A stretch of 64,000 nucleotides of DNA. It comes from Gemmatimonadota bacterium. GTDB lineage: Bacteria > JAAXHH01. The notes beneath the pieces were generated by a model. It worked only from the letters and a program-made list of their open reading frames with translations, was not told where the DNA came from and ran no database searches. Position 1 is the stretch's first letter; every line of letters begins with the position of its first letter. This document shows, in pieces, positions 62,026 through 64,000 of the stretch. The position numbers were made by a program, and so were the translations under genes. The stretch covers positions 19,173-83,172 of the forward strand of contig VXRC01000025.1 in the NCBI GenBank assembly GCA_009838645.1, given 5' to 3'.

Positions 62026-63894
62026 CTACGAATCGGAGCCATTCAACAACTCGACTTCAGCTGTGCCACTTTCTGTAAGAAGCAGGTAGTCCGCTTGGGT
62101 TGTATCGTACGTAGTTCCAGCTGTGATGCGATGCCCGTCGTTATACGTCGAATATATCCGCATCTCGTCCTTCGCCTTACCTAATTTCAAGACCCCACAG
62201 CGTGTATACATCACCAGGCTGACCTTTTTCGCGAGGCTTTCATCCAACACCAGTTTTGTCTCCCCTGATACGGTCCTGAGGTTACACCGGGTCCCGGATT
62301 CCCGGGATGACTGGCTCAAGCGGGTCGTACCGAATCGATTGTAAATGGATATGTCACCCGCCAAATCCTGAGCATCCAGTACTAAACGACCGACATCGAT
62401 ATCTACACCACCCTTTACGTTGGAGAGATTACCTTCCCACACATCTTTGTTGCGTATAGTTCCCTCATGGTAGTTCGCGGCACCGAATTCGTACATGCGC
62501 TGACAGAACATTCCACCTACTTCATGTATATCTGAAAACATGCTGTTAAACAGGTACACATCCTTCGCGATATCGGTTATCTGGCAGGATTGGCAGGCAT
62601 ATACCATCAGACTACCATTCAAACCCTCCGCGTTGATTCGCTTCGCTCTGAACACCGAAATGTTCTTTCCGGTCGGAACCTCAATGGAAACATGACAGTA
62701 CGAGGCCGGTCCGAACACCTTGGAAGCGTCGGACCAGTAAACCTGAAAGACGTCTTTGATACTTCCCGTCATGGCGGAGTTCGGTACATGTATCGGCCGT
62801 ACTTCCATCGAATGAATCGAAATCCTTATTGATTTGCTCAAGCTCGCTCGTATTTGCTTTGGCAGTGGAGGAAACGCATCGATATCGGATTTAAGATCCG
62901 GATACAGATCGACCAGCCTGACGCCGATACACACTTCGTCCAGCATCCAGTTGTTCATCAGGTCCCGTCTCCAGAGGTCGCTGATTCGGCTGGTCATGGC
63001 TGTGTTCTCGTTGCCTGTTGAATCTACACCGACGAAAAGTTCGCCTTCATGGGGACCGGATTTATAGAAATCATCGACGGTATCGTGGGAAACGGCAAAT
63101 CCGCCAAGGTTGTGACGTGCCTCTTCTTCGGAATAGCCAAGTCCGATTTTCGACCCTCTGACTAGCAACTGCTCTCCTTCGGTCCGGACGATTTCCACTT
63201 CCGTACTGACACCACAATAAAGGACGATGTTCTCTACGTCGCCCATGTCGATCGTTTCTTCGAAATCCTCCCTGGCGAGCTTGCAAACGACATCCTGAAC
63301 TTCCTCCGTTACGTCGATCTGGCTCATGGCGATAGACTCCTTTTCCTGGAGCGACAGAGCGTTTTTCAGACGGATTCGGGATTGATACAGCCGTCCTCTC
63401 ACCGTCGACTCTGGGATATTTAGAAAAGCAGCTATTTCTTTCTGTGTAAAACCGGTGTAATAATACAACGTGACGACCTGGCGATAGTGTTCCGGGAGTT
63501 GTTCGACTTCATCCCAGAGCTCAAGACGCTCTATGTATTTTCGGTGGATACGATCCGAAATGGCGTATTCTTCGCGTAATCCACTGGAATCCGCATCAAC
63601 GTGGACTTTTCGACCGATCCCGCTTCGGCGAACCCACTCCTTGCACCGGTTGACAACGATTCGGTGAAACCAACTGCCGAAAACGGCCGGGTCCTTCAGT
63701 TGCGATAACTTACAGAAGGCCGAGATAAAGGCATCCTGCACCACATCCTCTGCATCTGACCGGTCCCGGAGGTAACCCAAAGCCACGGCGAAAGCAGCAT
63801 TCTGGTAACGCCGGACCAGTGGCTCGAAGGCGTTGGCGTTTCCCTGTAGGCAAAGTTGGATGTTGTATGTGTCGTCTTGTATGAGTGTCGACAT
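62026..63894 (-). CDS. ECF sigma factor with C-terminal DUF4097-like extension, copy 2
   Basis: Colinear paralog of 59798-61672, nearly identical in the sigma domains and more diverged in the CTD. Confidence 0.85.
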   Translation of the reverse strand: MSTLIQDDTYNIQLCLQGNANAFEPLVRRYQNAAFAVALGYLRDRSDAEDVVQDAFISAFCKLSQLKDPAVFGSWFHRIVVNRCKEWVRRSGIGRKVHVDADSSGLREEYAISDRIHRKYIERLELWDEVEQLPEHYRQVVTLYYYTGFTQKEIAAFLNIPESTVRGRLYQSRIRLKNALSLQEKESIAMSQIDVTEEVQDVVCKLAREDFEETIDMGDVENIVLYCGVSTEVEIVRTEGEQLLVRGSKIGLGYSEEEARHNLGGFAVSHDTVDDFYKSGPHEGELFVGVDSTGNENTAMTSRISDLWRRDLMNNWMLDEVCIGVRLVDLYPDLKSDIDAFPPLPKQIRASLSKSIRISIHSMEVRPIHVPNSAMTGSIKDVFQVYWSDASKVFGPASYCHVSIEVPTGKNISVFRAKRINAEGLNGSLMVYACQSCQITDIAKDVYLFNSMFSDIHEVGGMFCQRMYEFGAANYHEGTIRNKDVWEGNLSNVKGGVDIDVGRLVLDAQDLAGDISIYNRFGTTRLSQSSRESGTRCNLRTVSGETKLVLDESLAKKVSLVMYTRCGVLKLGKAKDEMRIYSTYNDGHRITAGTTYDTTQADYLLLTESGTAEVELLNGSDS

Positions 63895-63927
63895 GTGCGA
63901 ATCAAATCAAGTTCTGAATACGGACGG

Positions 63928-64000
63928 TTATTCGAGATATGTATCCAACGCTTTCAGCAATGCAGGATAGTAATCCTCGAAGGACATATCTTGAATGTGA
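63928..64000 (-). CDS. Possible C-terminus of a gene entering from beyond the window
   Basis: Open frame ...HIQDMSFEDYYPALLKALDTYLE-TAA ends 33 nt before the sigma copy 2 start; too short to assign. Confidence 0.35.
   Translation of the reverse strand, partial: HIQDMSFEDYYPALLKALDTYLE

Overview
This GC-rich bacterial chromosomal window spans the replication origin. The core is dnaA-oriC-dnaN-recF-dciA(DUF721)-gyrB-gyrA, with rpmH-rnpA-yidD-yidC-mnmE-mnmG-rsmG transcribed divergently and two perfect parS palindromes. Left of it are partial acnA, DUF1207-thrC, a solo HicB, a likely 6S RNA, ecfT-truA, trmJ, a Cys-type (System I*) ccm cluster, a MoxR/VWA/DUF4159 trio and a LysW-dependent lysine operon (lysW-lysX'-lysX-lysY-hisS-lysZ-lysJ-lysK). 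Right of it are two moeA, an Xaa-Pro peptidase, argJ, carB, a TPR-metallopeptidase and comEC, followed by a visibly lower-GC accessory block. Four observations stand out. (1) An unlisted 25-aa leader ORF with interleaved Lys/His codons and a Rho-independent terminator lies inside the lysine operon, which also carries hisS; this is a candidate dual Lys/His attenuator. (2) Two LysX paralogs show complementary motif loss, suggesting a pseudoenzyme partner. (3) Two tandem ECF sigma factors are fused to a ~430-aa DUF4097-like domain, each with a conserved internal SD+ATG at the domain boundary, next to an ABC exporter and a decayed ATPase remnant. (4) A ~181-nt 6S-like RNA sits behind a near-consensus promoter. 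Family assignments come from motif recognition by eye; no database searches were run.
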